From Camelus ferus (taxonomy: Eukaryota), in assembly GCF_009834535.1 (NCBI RefSeq), contig NC_045697.1, forward strand, positions 65,040,001-65,104,000: a DNA stretch of 64,000 nt. Reading direction: 5' to 3'. Below the pieces are notes generated by a model that searched no databases, had not been told where the DNA came from, and saw nothing but the letters and a program-made list of their open reading frames with translations. Positions 25,801 to 39,227 of the stretch are shown here, one piece after another. The position numbers and the translations under genes were made by a program. Numbering within the stretch: position 1 is the first letter of the stretch; each line of letters starts with the position of its first letter.

Positions 25801-26457
25801 TGTTGCTGATAGGTGCAACCGGTGTTCCAGGTTCTTGTCCCGTCCCAGAAAGAATTCAGAGACAAGACTTAGAGCTTAAAAAGGTAAAGTGAGGATTTAT
25901 TAAAGGATGGATAGTACACTCCCAGGGGAGAGCGGGCAGGCTCAGGTGAGCGGCCGCTCTGAGTTTCTTTGGCAAGTTGGTTACATAGGGTGTAAAAATG
26001 AATGGGCAGAATATTCATTGGGGAGGGAAGGGTTTGGGGTTGTATTCCCTGATTATCATCCCAACTCCATGTTCCCAAAGGGAGGAAGGATTTTTGTCCT
26101 TATTTAGTCTGGATCAGAAGTGTCATGGTGTCGTTGCATGATGGGTACTTCTGATCTGCAAGGCTAATTTTATTGAAATGAGAGCATAATGAACAAAAGG
26201 TTACATTCAGACACTAGAAATTCCTGCCTTTTCTCACCTTTCTTTGTTCTTCTCCAGGCCACTTGTCATCCCTAAAGGCATGATCCCTTATCAGCCCCAA
26301 GGTTCCTGCTTTTCTTTCTCTGCCCAAGGACGCCTGCTGCTTACATGATGTGTGGTTTCCTGCATTTGGCCTGTGCCCCTCCTTTCTGCCCAATTCCTGC
26401 CATTTGGTCTGTGCCCCCCTTTCTCTGCTCATATCTAGCTATCTGCCTGCTCTAATA
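25801..26457 (-). mobile_element. ERV1-type solo LTR, 657 bp
   Basis: Begins tgttg and ends tctaa(t)a (decayed taaca). Reverse-strand start ttagagcaggcagatagctagatatgagcag resembles MER50-like ERV1 LTR starts. AATAAA on the minus strand at 25896-25901; flanks gtag/ttag resemble a 4-bp TSD. Confidence 0.85.
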
Positions 26458-28044
26458 TTAGCATCTCCACTGTCTCTGCTTTTAAAAATCCTCTTATATG
26501 ACAGCAGAGAGAAAAAATGAATATAAGAGCCCTGGGAAATAACTTGTTCACCTGCTCTTATGTATGGCTTCAATGCTACGGAGGTGAGTTGGGTATAAGA
26601 ACATTCCCTTCAAAGAACTTCTGTCATTTTAAAAGACAGTTTGTATGTGTTTGCATTTGTGGATTTATGGCATTTTTAGGATCTTAAGTACATCTCTACT
26701 TTTTACTAGTCATAAAAAAGATTTACATTTCTTAACGTTTATTCTTATCTAAGGTTCTTATGTCAATTTTAGTCACTGTTGTATATGTTAAAAAATAGGA
26801 AATAGCAAAGTGTAAATAAGTAGTTTTAAATATACAGAATATATTGTCTTATTTATACCCTAATTGAGGTTTAGTTTGAAGTAAATTTTTTTTATAAAAA
26901 TTATAGTCCTAGAAAAATATAGGAAAGGTGTTTTACTGCTATATATAACTAAACTTTATGATACTCAAACAATCTATGTAATACCTGTAGTTTAAAACTG
27001 CCATTTTTTAAAATTATTGACTCAAGAACACATATTGATTGTGTTATTAGAGATGCAACATCCTACGGTAGAAAGAGGAATTGAGATCGGGGCAGGGGGT
27101 GTAGACTTACTGAATTGAGGATCTAGTAAGAAAATAGATTTTCATTGAATTATTTGGCTCTTCTTAAAGTTCATGATCTTTTGGGTTTGGCTATCCAAAT
27201 AAGGCTGATGCTCAAATAAACATTTTTGCTGACAATCATGTATGCTAAACATTAATTTGCTTAGAAGTATAATTAAGGATGAGTATATGATACTGTCAGT
27301 GATATGTGGTGATATTCCCGGATGGGGGAACAGCTAAACTACTAAGTCTCTCTTTCAGTAGATAAATGTTTTATTTTAGACACCATTCAATCATTTGTAT
27401 TATTCCAAATACATGGAAATAATGTAAAAAAAATAGAATGCATATAGTTAGTATAATAGAACTAACTTTAAAATATAGTATTTTTATTTGATGATGGTTT
27501 GATGAACTACTTTCATTTGAATTTTAAGCTTCAAACATTTTTATAACATTTCTTTTGTACCTTTTATCTGGCTTCTGCCAGCCATACAGTAGTCCATATA
27601 TCAGTTATTTTTAATGCAAAGAAATAAACATTTCTTACTTATCAGGTCACTTGGAGGAAAAACAATGAAAATTCACGTTCTGTGATATATATTATCTGTA
27701 TATATTCTGAGACATACATTTTAAGGGTCAGTTTTATTGTATTTTACTGTATTTTGAAAATGCTGATTTTTTTTCTTCTTTCTCTACTTTAGCCTTTTGT
27801 TTGTTACCACTTTTTAGCATATTAATGCAGTGCAGGCAAGCATTTGTAGATGGCCTGAACAGATTCTTCATCACTCCCTTGGGGAAACTATATTGCTGAT
27901 CTCATTGAATAAACTTTTAGATGTAGAAAAGGTTTCTAGAGAAAGTCATTTTGACCATTTAAGTGGTAAACTTACCACTTCTGTTTATGCAAACCTCAGC
28001 AAATTTGTTCCCCATCATACAGAAGCAGAAATAATTAATAGTAT

Positions 28045-28170
28045 TGAACATTCCTTTTCAATTCTAAAAGATGTGTGAGCACCTATTACGTTCCAGGAAC
28101 TGTATTAGACATTAATGATACAGAATGAGTAAGAAATTAGACATGATCTCCAGACTCAAATAGCAGACTA
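28045..28170 (-). mobile_element. L2 3' end
   Basis: tgagcacctattacgttccaggaactgtattagaca ... atacagaatgagtaaga. Confidence 0.7.
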
Positions 28171-29744
28171 AGCAAAGCACAGAGAAAAGTCCTGAGTGAA
28201 CCACAGGACTGTTTAATCTGTTATCTGAAAGAGATATGTGAAGTGTTTTGGAAAAGAAAGGGAGAAGTGCCATCTTTTTCACTGGTGTCTGGCTGTCATC
28301 CGGGCTGAACAGCAAAAAAAATGTTTACATTAGTAAATGTGCTAGATGAAAACAGCCTGTTTTCTATTTCAATAAGCTGGTACATAGAAAGGAAGGATGT
28401 AAAATTTTCATAAAGTAGATTCAGTGTAAGCTACAATTTTACAGCCCAAATCTGGGACAGACATGCGTATCCGAGAAGAGATTGCTACATAAGAGTCATA
28501 ATTTTCAAGGGTGCAGAGTACAGAGCCCACTTCTTAAGTCATGCTGGCAGACGTAATGATTTTCAGGGCAGTTCTGTCCTGTCTTTTGAATATTATATTA
28601 AAATATCTGAGGATTCTCCTCATTTTGCCTTTCAAACTATAACCCTCACATTATGTTTTGCATGCCAAAGTAGTAACATGCACATACACACACATTTTGA
28701 TTATATTTGATTAAAATAACATAATCATATCCGTTTCATGTTGGTTAAAAGACTTAGTGAGTTTGTTTAAAAAGTAAATCACATTGTTTTAAGATAGATT
28801 CTTCTCTTTAAAAATTGTTCTTAACGATATGTTTTACTTACTATATTAGAAACTCGTTATGCAGGCTATCTGACTATGTTGTAATGAGAGATGTATTTTC
28901 TCTAAAAATGTGGCAGCTCATTCTCCATTCACAGTGCTGGTTAGAAATGCTAGGTCACAAATATTACATATCACATTCATTCCTGCAGTCAGATTGCCAG
29001 TTCATGCCCCTGAAACTGGGGAAATGCATAAGACAGACACAAAAATGTTTTTTAAAATGATTAATAAGAAAGCCGTTTTTGAGCAGCTACCATGTTTTAA
29101 GTTCTAACATCCCTTAATCAAGAAATTTGAACATAAGGACTTGAGAAATGACCTGTTCTTTTACTATAAAAACAACAGATTATTACAGATTTGTACAATT
29201 GTTGAATTGACAGATTAAAGTAATTCAGTTTGTTAAAGAGAACAATTTACTAGCTGATATAAACTATTTAGCATGAGGTAAAACAGTATCTACAGCATTT
29301 CATTTAGAGCAGACAAGAAATATGAATTCTGAAGGAAGAAAATATGAGAGAAACATCTTTCTACTATTGTCTGATAAAGACATATTAATTAGAAGTGTCA
29401 ATATAGTTTGAAAATAATGAAGGACACCAGATAATTAAATATGGATGTGTTTTCCATCTTGCAGTTTCAACTACTTTTATTAAAAATAAAGTTACAGTGT
29501 GAATCCTATGTCACAGTAAATTCTGAATGTAGACCCCTTTTTGAGTTTGGTCCAAATATTATTCATTTCTATACTCCATAGAGTTTAAAGCAGTAACTAG
29601 CAGAAGTGAAGACTCAGTGATTGGAAATAAATACATTGTTGGATGGATAAATAAAGTTAACCATCTCCTTCTTGTTCACTTCCTCAGAACTCTTTTTTTC
29701 TATATGTGTTGGAATTTAACCTTTCAATCAAGGAGCACTGTGGC

Positions 29745-29915
29745 AAGTTTGAAGGGGATCCGAATTGACAGAAGTACAGAGCGTATGTGCTAGCTCTGAG
29801 TGTTTGTAGCTATTAATCCATTCGACAAATCACTGAACTTCCCTCAGCCTATTTCTTTACTTGGAAAATGAAGGAGTTGGAATAGAAGGACCCTCAAATT
29901 ATGCTGCTTTGATGT
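29745..29915 (+). mobile_element. MIR3-like remnant
   Basis: gacaaatcactgaacttccctcagcctatttctttacttggaaaatgaaggagttggaatagaagga. Confidence 0.65.
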
Positions 29916-31124
29916 TGTAAGAGTGTATTACTGAGTATATTCTCTGACTGTTGTAAGAGTATATACTATTCCTTTTCTTAATCTTTAGAGTTTAACAAAT
30001 TCCAGCTTTATGCTTTTCTTGGGTATAGAGAGATAATTCATTATTACTGTTTAAAAGATTTCCTACTGTGCCACAGCTGGCACAGGTGAAAGAAATTAAG
30101 TCAGAGAGCAGTAGCACTATAAGGCTTCATCACCCACTCTGCTTAATTATAGAAGTCAGAACTTGAAAATGAGATTTATGAAGATAAGTTAAAATGCAGA
30201 TAATATGTTTCAGGATAATGTAGGGTTGATGATGTGTTATTTTGGAATCTTAAGTTTTTAAGTTCTGCATAAGTGAAAAAGGGTAGTATCATAAATCTAA
30301 AAGGGAAAATGGATCCTCCAGTCTCTAGGCCAATGAGTTTGATGTTGATCCTATTAAAATTCAAAATAAGATGATTAGTTACCTAAAATGTGTGCACTTG
30401 AGAAAATAAATAACTAGAGCTAACATGAGCTTTTAAAAGAACTAATACCAGTTCAAGGGACTGCATAAAAATAATGGATTTTAATTCATAAAACGTATTT
30501 AACAAGGGCACATTTTCTTTTCCACCTGGTAGAGAAATACTGACTAAAGTACATTCATAGGTCATTGATCAGACCTACCCGAACGGTGCCAATTAATACA
30601 TTAATACAAATCTAGAAGGAGGGTCTCCTTTACTATGTGTGAAAGTTTTTAAAAAATAGTTTTTAAATGATTGAATTTCTATTTATTTATTAATTTCTGG
30701 CTGGGTATAATATTTTCAAGTTTCTAGATGATGACTTACTGCTTGAATTTATGTAAAATGTTTAGTATTATCTTGACAGACCAGAAGGACACACTAAACT
30801 AAGTAAGATTAAATTTTATAAGACCGAGAGTTTTACATTTGGCTTTTAACTTTAGGAAATAAACTATATAAGAACAGGATGCCGAGGAACCTGGCTTGAT
30901 AGTATTTCAAGTGAAGAATATCAAATTGGTTAGAGATATCTTGGACTTCATTAATAGAGGTGTAGATTTTAGACCAAAACAAGTAAAATTCTTGTCCTAA
31001 ACTATGTTGCTCAGACTTCATGCTAAGCATTAATTATAGAGAACATGTTCAGTGGAGCAATTGTTTAACTGAAATTAATCCAGTAAAGTAATTAGATTTT
31101 TGGAAGTTCTCAAAACCATGAGGA

Positions 31125-31732
31125 GTGGACGATGGTTAATTTTAGTACCCAAAATTACTCAACTTTCTTTTGTTTACCATAATTCTGTTTTTCTCCTGGG
31201 AATCAAGATTCCCTCCACTCTCGGTCCTTACTATTAGGGTGACTTTAACTCTATAATCTGCTCTGGGGAAAGGTCAGGGGAAATATTTGAAATAAAATTA
31301 AGGACAGCACAGATGCATTCTGCAGCTGTAATTGTTGTTTATGGCCAGGGTCTGTTCTGATTGATGGGTGGTAATGTTCATTCTGATTAGTTTCTACATG
31401 TATATCCCACACTTAAGTTAATCTGCTCACCCTGCCCACGGTGATTAATTTAATGATTAATGAGATTTAGGCTGAGGTTATTTTCTCTTTTCCACTCGAC
31501 TCAGAGTTGTAAAAACCTGAGTGTGGAACTGTCTTAACATTAAAATGGGAAAATCTGTGGAGCCAATATGGGGTGGGTGAGAAAAGTTTTGAAGATGGCA
31601 GCACAAAATTCTGATGACATAATTTGAGCCCTTGGATCATATTAAACCTGAACTAGATCTACTTTGGTACCTGGGTCAAAAAACTAGTCAAGTTTTGTGT
31701 AAGCCAGAATGAAAAGAGTCCTAATTGATTTA
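31125..31732. mobile_element. Old ERVL LTR (LTR16/LTR33-like)
   Basis: ttctgatgacataatttgagcccttggatca...cctgaactaga and terminal aaaagagtcctaattgat resemble the LTR16/LTR33 3' part. Confidence 0.55.
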
Positions 31733-32054
31733 TCATGCAGGAAACAAACACACAAAGTGAAACCTGAAGATGTTTACCTTATTCAGAGAGAAAGTGAAAA
31801 AGTTATTCATATATAATTGTTCTCTTGTCAGATGTCTGTTCATTATTTGGAGAGTATCAAAGTGTACATATATATAGAAGTTCCAGGTAGACAGATCTGT
31901 CATCAATGAAAGGAAGATACATCTTTACAACTTGAGTTATCCGGTAGTGAAATAAACTGTTGTCTGTGGTAATAAGTACTAAAATAGAGTCTGGATTATA
32001 AAGAATATTATATTGTGCCAAAGGATCCACCAACTGTTACTAAAATCCTTAACA

Positions 32055-32256
32055 TTTATTGAATAATTACCATGCTGGACATATGTATTAGGCACATTAT
32101 ATATATTTCCTGGAAAGTTAGTACTGTAACTAAGTGAAGAAACCAGAGAGCAATGAGGTTGAAAAACTTGCACAAGGAAGGAAAGCTAGGAAGTAGCAGT
32201 GATGGGAAGAAACCCAATGTATCTGACTGACTAAAACTTTGCTCTCTCTCCACCTA
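32055..32256 (-). mobile_element. MIR
   Basis: tgaagaaaccagagagcaatgaggttgaaaaacttgcacaagg...gctaggaagtagcag...aaacccaatgtatctgact. Confidence 0.7.
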
Positions 32257-32833
32257 ACATTCTAACAGTACCTGGATTTTTATGGATTCAAAGCAATTAT
32301 AAAACCGTGCATTTTGCAAATACTTTAGCAATGGCTTACATAAAAAGAAAAATGTACTAATGTAGTTTTTAAATGATTTATGGACAATAAGGTTTTATAG
32401 AAGCTCTAAAAATACACTAAAAGCACTTTAGTATGTAAATTCCATGATGACTAAAAGGTGCCATACCTATGTTAGTGTAATTGAACTGTTAGGCTTATAT
32501 AACTCCATAAACACTGAAGAAAAAAATCAAAACACATTTACTTATAAAACTGTAAAAGCAAATATGTTATAATTTCTGAGAAAGCCTAACAGAGCTCCCA
32601 GGAAATATGTATTCAAGGGCTGAATAGCCACTCTACCAAGAGTTGTATTCAACACTAATTTTTTTAAGAATTAAGAAATTGAGGATACTCAGAAAAAAAA
32701 CTTACTGGTGTAAATACATAAGGTCCTGACAGAAAGTGTACAAAGGAATTTTAGTTGATAATTACATTGCTAATTTATTGCCTCTCACCATATCTCTAAA
32801 ATTAAATAAAATATTGCAGGGTCACTCAAAATT

Positions 32834-32883
32834 TTTTACTAGTGCAGGTAATCTGATGTTTTACTAGTGCAGGTCATCTGATA
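32834..32883. repeat. Tandem duplication, 25-bp period, 2 copies
   Basis: ttttactagtgcaggtaatctgatg followed by ttttactagtgcaggtcatctgata. Confidence 0.92.
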
Positions 32884-33089
32884 GCATGATTATATAAACA
32901 TCATTATAAGACCTCTATTGTTTGAAGCCACTTCATTTTATACACACTACACATTATAGGCCTGATATAGTCAAGAAAGCACTTTGCCTGATATAATTGC
33001 TAAGTTGAATTCATTATCATTATAATAATGTCCTAGTTGTTTAGAAGCAGAAGTTTAAAAGCAGATTCATTATGTTGTTTACTCGATCG

Positions 33090-33270
33090 AATGTTGTGGT
33101 CAGTCAGACCCACCTTTTAATTATGTCCCTGCTATCTGCTGGGTGAATTTCTTAACCTTTGCAAGTTCTCTCTTTTCTCCTCTGATAATGAGGATGCTAA
33201 TGTTTACCTATTTCAGAGATTATTACTGGAATTAAATAATATAATCTTAAACTGCTCTGCCTGCCTAGAA
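33090..33270 (+). mobile_element. MIR
   Basis: gctgggtgaatttcttaacctt ... ctctgataatgaggatgctaatgtttacctatttcagagattatt...gaattaaataa. Confidence 0.7.
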
Positions 33271-33849
33271 AGGTGTTGGATGGGCAATACTGATCTTCCC
33301 TGTTTTTTCCCTCCAGACCTGACCCTTGCTTCCCTAACTTCCCTTCAGTAATCTCAAAATTACTTTGAGAAAACAGCTATCTCCTTAATACAAGTCAGAC
33401 TTTAGGCCTGTGTTTTGGTGTACCACTTATTCTCAATCATAGGGATGGTGTATTTCTGGGAACAGGGCAGAGGTTACTTAGTAAAGAAATTTAGAATGAA
33501 TGAAAGTCCATTTTTAAATTAAACTCTAGTTCTTATTTTTATCATCCCCCTTTCAGAATCTTTTTGTGCTCTTCCCAGAGGAATCGTATTACCTGGGTGC
33601 CATAGCTTTTCTTAGTTGAATTACAGAGTAGTTATTTTATGCACAGTCTTCCACTGCTACATTTGAACTGGAAGCATTCGGTCTTCCCTAGTTTGGAGAA
33701 GTCACTCAAGTGCATAACTACACAGGAAACATATTATTTCCTAGGCATAGGGAGCTTTGGAACTGTTGCTGGAATACAAAGGGAAAAGGAAATTAAATCA
33801 AATCTCATTAGCTCAGGCCTCAAATGTTTTGTAAACAGATAGCAGTTTC

Positions 33850-33930
33850 CTTGAAATGGGAAACTGAGGAAAAGGCTACAAAGAAATTAAATGAATATTC
33901 TCCTAAGACCACATAGAGATAAAGTGAAAC
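33850..33930 (-). mobile_element. MIR core remnant
   Basis: aatgggaaactgagg ... attaaatgaatattctcctaagaccacatag. Confidence 0.55.
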
Positions 33931-35744
33931 AATCATGACAGGACCTGGGAAGATTTAGAATGCCAAAGTTTTGGCTAAGAAAGCATAAGTACTTTCCCAG
34001 TTTAGCAAGAGTTTTACAAGTACAGAGATACATTTTCTCTTGATTTTGGTATCTACTGCATCTAAAATTTTTGCAGGTTAGGAGAATAAAATCTATAGGT
34101 CATATATATCAAAGCAAAAAAATAATTCAAGTCCACATATTTGTTTTTCATGTTTTCCTTATTACCCATTGATTATATATGTTGAGTACACATGGGATGA
34201 ATCAGTGCCCTGGTGACATAAAAAAAAAATCAAATCAACAATAAATAAAAAGATGCATATCCATCCTCCCTTCCTCATACCCAACAAAATGAGAACATAG
34301 ATGTTTAATTCCTGAAAATTTTAAATCATAAGTAAAAAAGGAATAAAGTTATACGTATTTTATTTTTTTAACCAGGTGTGGGATCTAGCTATGTTACAGA
34401 CTTAAAACAGAAAACACTGTTTTTTCAATGTTCTCTAAAAGCAGGAAACCATGAAATACAATTTCATTTTGCTCTAATGACAATAGAAGATATTACGTGT
34501 CACCAACAAACATACACTGTATATGTTTGTGCCTTCAAAGTCTATTTTTTATTAGTGTAAAACCATGAGCTGTTAAATGTAGCATAAATTTGTGAAATTC
34601 CACTGCTCTGTAGCAGGGGGAAAAATTGTTTTAATTGAGTGATTGTAGAGAGGGAGAGAAGAAGGAGAGAGCTTTGAAAAGTTTGGGTAGTTCAGATAAG
34701 AAAAATTCTAGATGCTTCAGCAAAATTGCCAACCCTCTGAGATTCAGCTTTGACTGTTATTACTAATGTAATGCTTTCAGTGTACAGCAAATTAGATCTT
34801 GAACACATTATGGGCCAAATACTATCCTTTTATACTCATGTGGTAACCCTTAACAGGTTTCAATGGGAGATGCACATGGTTACTTGAAAGCTGCTTTCCT
34901 ATTATATTTCTAACCTAAATCTGATACAGTGAAGGCAATGGGAAGAAATATGTGTAAAAAATTTAATAATAATAATCTATTTAATTTGTGTAGCACTTTG
35001 CCAGTTACAAAGACTTACACCACGTATCATTTCATTACGTCTGTATGAGATACATTTAATTATACATATAAAAAGTGTCTTCAAAATCAAAATTTAATAT
35101 GAGTTTCAGATAAAAATGACTGCTTAGATTTATGTGTAACACAGCAGCATGTTAGAAAACTCAAGTTGTAAATTCAATTATGTTAAATGTCTAACATGCT
35201 AATAATAACAGGAGTAATTCTCTATAAAATCTATAGACACTGTCATAATTGTAAATTACTTTTTAATTTACATTTTTTCACATTTATAAACCCATTTTTT
35301 TGCTTATTCGTAGCTTTCCTTTTTAGATTTAATTAGTTCAGTTTAGTTTTGTTTTCATTTCCTGGTTTATTATCTTGGAAAGTATTCAACAGGATACAAG
35401 CTTCCACCAAGGGATATTCTGAGGCAGTATCCTGAGTCATTGTCATGGGTGCTTGAATTCCTGAGAACTAACAGTCTTGAGCTTTTTCTACCATGCAAGC
35501 TAGGTTAACACTCATGCTCTCTAGCTACTAAGTAGAACTCCAGGTTTCCTAGGCCTCTATAAGGATACATTTACTGATTTAATAGTTAAGAGTTCACTAC
35601 ATGTTTGCTATTTTGCTTTATTTATTTATTTTATAAAGGGCAGATACTGTGATCTTTAAATAAAAAAACAAACAACAAAGGGGAAAATAGAGTTGGATGC
35701 TATTGTGCAAAATTTAAGCCATCAGTAGAGTATTTGGAAACGGG

Positions 35745-36370
35745 ATTTCACTCATTCTTCTACTCAGCAAAATATTTATTGAACTCATACTATTGTGTCT
35801 GAGATTGTGCTAGGGGCTGGGAGTATAAAAGTGAAAAACAACAATAACAAGAAGACTAAACCAAGAATGACCCCTACCTTTTAGGTAGAGAGAGTGGTAA
35901 TTATGAAATATAATGGATAGGTAGACTTTATAGCCTGTTGGAAGATGGTAAATACCACAGAGAAAGAGGAACAGGGTCAGACAGGTCAGGAACATGTGGG
36001 AAAGGGGATTGCAGCTATTCCTAGTTAGGTAGCTGTATTTAAAGGAAAATTTGAAGGAAGTGGGGAAATTATTCAAAAAGCTATCTGGGAGAAGTGTGTT
36101 TTCAATGTTAGGTTCAAGGGACCTACATTTGGGGCTATATCTGATGACTTTCAGGACCAGCTAAAGCTCATGTGGTTGGAGAGGAGTAAACTGGGAAGAA
36201 TATAGAACAAAGTGAAGTCATAAAGAGAAGGGTGGAAACGGAATTATAGGTCATTGGCAACTTTAATTCTGCTTTAGATGGAAAGATCTAATGGGTTTTG
36301 AGCAGAAGAATGACACAGAATGACTTATTTTAACAGGATCACTCTGGTTGCTCTATTGAGATTAGGAACC
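35745..36370 (-). mobile_element. L2 (L2a-like) 3' portion
   Basis: aaatatttattgaactcatactattgtgtctgagattgtgctaggggctggg ... ttttgagcagaagaatgaca ... acaggatcactctggttgct. Confidence 0.85.
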
Positions 36371-37139
36371 AAGTGCAGGTGCAATTATTTAACATTTTGT
36401 TAAAGAAAAAAAAAGGGAAGATTGAAGTAAGAGCATGCGCTCAGGGAGATGCTTTGGGTTCTTAGCTTTATATAAAATTGTGAAGTAGGTAAGTTAATCT
36501 GTGATAATCCTAGATTTTCTTTTTATCACCTTTTTCTTACTTCTCCTCTATACTTTTCCACTTGTCAAACTTGATCTCAGCAAAGGATTCCATAACCATA
36601 CATTGACATAAGGATTTCTGTTTTCCCTTTCAGTGAATTACTTAGATTTTTAATCAGGAGTAACCTCCAGGAACAAATATCAAATAGTTAAATTTCAAGC
36701 CTTAAAAAGCAGGAAGAGATAATTTTGGTTGGGGAGGAAATGTAGACCTCTGGCCAACCTCAGTCGATTCTGGCTCTTGATTTGCTATAAAAGTTTTTCT
36801 TCTTCACCAGAAAACTAAATGTAAAAGTTGAAAAAAATGGCCCATTTTTTATTTGAGGTAGATTGCTGAGTCTATGCTAACTTCTCTGGAAATGTTCACT
36901 GAACTGTGATGGGAAAAAAATAAGTGCCAGGCGAGAATCAAACACCAGAAATAAGGTCTCAATGAGACACTGCACCTGCCTCCCCTCAGAGTGCTCAGAG
37001 TATGGAGCAAGGACACTGGAAGTGCAGACAGTTGCAGGCGGTGAAAGAGCTGTTGCAGAGGGAGGTGCTTTGTCTCTGACAGCCTGTCCAAAAAGCATTC
37101 TCCTCTGCTGCTTCTGTTCTCTCCTCACCACCACTCACC

Positions 37140-37800
37140 TCAGTCCGGTTTCTTCTCTTATCTTCATGAACAGCATCATATTTTCTCAGTCACATAGATC
37201 GTTTAACTCGAAGTCATCACTTACTTTCCCCTTTTATTCACCTTTAATATTCTTTCATGTAGGACCTGTATCCTACAGATGTGGGTCCTCAATGTCTCTA
37301 ATATCCTTACAAATTTCCATGCACCCCTTTGCATCCCTGATGGCCCTCCTTGCAGAATCTTAAATTTACTATTGATTTGACTCCACCTCTTCAGTCTCTG
37401 CCTATTCCATTGTGTTCAAATAAAGTTACAGCATATCTGTGATCTTACCAACCACATGTCAAGCTAATAATTAATAATAATAATAATAATAATAGAAACT
37501 TTCTGTTTAAGGCATCATTTGATTCAAACTGCTTTGTTTGGCATTCATGATTTTCTGTGACTGACACTAACCTACTCCTTTACATTGCATCATTTATTAT
37601 TTTCTCACATATCCTGTGAGCTGTCTACATTGGCCTGTTGGCTATTCCCCACAATTGCTCTGCAGTTTGCAATCTTTTATGTTTTCTTATACGCTTTCTC
37701 TGCTGAAATGAAGTTTTCCCCTTCATATATAAAAAAGTCCTACCATCCTTCAAAATCATCTTCCTCATAAAATCTTTCTTCAAATACATATCTTTGTCTC
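37140..37800 (+). mobile_element. Degraded L2 fragments, with (TAA)n at about 37466-37493
   Basis: Pyrimidine-rich L2-like motifs (ttcaaactgctttgtttggcattcatga ... tcctaccatccttcaaaatc). Confidence 0.5.
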
Positions 37801-38124
37801 ATTAACTCCATGATGATAACAACTGTGGCTTCATCATTTTTTTGTTTTTAGACTTACCCCTTGAATTTGAATAAATATATATATTCAATTATATTGTATT
37901 TGTTATATTCAATATGAACATAATGTACCACCTTATCTTTTTTTTCAAAATTTTTTCACATATTATTCTGATTACTTACTTATATTCATGTTGTTTCAGT
38001 GCATTACCTTGTAATTTTGTACAGGTGTATACCCAAAGATGGAAATAATTCTAATAACTTTTTAAACTAAATGTAAATATTGCCTTGGCATTTGTTTTGT
38101 ACTTACAGTTATTATTGATTTAAT

Positions 38125-38180
38125 AACAATAAAATAAAAATAATAAAATAAAATAATAATAAAACAATAATAAATAAAAC
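38125..38180. repeat. A-rich low-complexity tract, (AATAA)n-like
   Basis: Seen directly. Confidence 0.8.
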
Positions 38181-39059
38181 AGTCTTGTGTTCAGTAGTAT
38201 ACTGTGAGGTTGGATATTAGTGCTTTTGCAACAAAACAGTATGCAAACATTACCCACCAGAGCATACAGCACACGGGGTGATTATAAGAGTCTATCTTCT
38301 AATATAAAATAGATATGAAACTACACCGGAAAGAAAGAGAAAGCAATACAGGGAAAATTATAATTAGGTGACTCTCAAAAATAATGATGAGTATAAATTA
38401 GTCGTGACAAAGTAACAGGTAATAAAATTTCAAGAGGCAAACAAATTAGGAAATGAAAATTATAGCTATATAATAGAATCAGCTCAGAGGAGCAGTGACA
38501 ATGGACAGAGTGAAAGAGGGAGGATATTAATTACAGAAAAGGCATTTTTGATTAATGAAGGTAGAGAAGCTTCAACTTGTAAACATATCCACTGAGAGGA
38601 GTGGTACAATAGAGCTTTATGACTTTAGCATGTATCCAGGTGGAAGGAAATACTATTGTAGATCATGTTAATTTAATTTTACTGTGTGAAAAAAAAATGG
38701 CTTTTAAACTGTTGACTGAACAATTCAAGGTGGTACTTTGCTTCAGCAAATGTGGGCCCTCTGTTGTGATCATTTTTGAATAATGAGTTAAGTGCTGGTG
38801 ATACTTATTTGAAAATATTGTGATGTAGATTAGAACTTTTTCTAGTTTTCTAACTTACCTAAGGAAGTATATTTATTTTATCTAAAGACACAAATTTTCC
38901 ATGATTCAGTATATCTTATATTAGATGACGAAGTGGATTACTGAAAGCTAATGTCACTCAAATTCAAAACATAATCCATCCCTACCCAAAGATAGGCACT
39001 GAATTTCAGATCCCACTGAATAAACTGATTCCCCAAGTTGTGCACATTTTAACTGCCAA

Positions 39060-39200
39060 GATCTTTAATCTCAGCTCAGCTTTAAAAAACCCAGCATGGC
39101 CCTTCTTTATAAAATATGGTAATATTAACTTATGTATTTTCCATGTGATGGTTGTGAAAATAAAATTCGGTAATATGTTAAATGGTTTAAAAATTAGAAT
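39060..39200 (+). mobile_element. MIR remnant
   Basis: tttaatctcagctcagc ... gatggttgtgaaaataaaattcggtaatatg. Confidence 0.5.
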
Positions 39201-39227
39201 GCTAGGAGATCTGTCAACATTAGAATA

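Noticed and set aside
36962..37363. 133-aa plus-strand ORF
   Set aside because: Its second half runs into pyrimidine-rich L2-like sequence; no homology recognised.
38848..38870. Minus-strand cttccttag|gtaagt, a recursive-splice-like motif
   Set aside because: The pyrimidine tract is only about 7 nt and the host transcript orientation is unknown.
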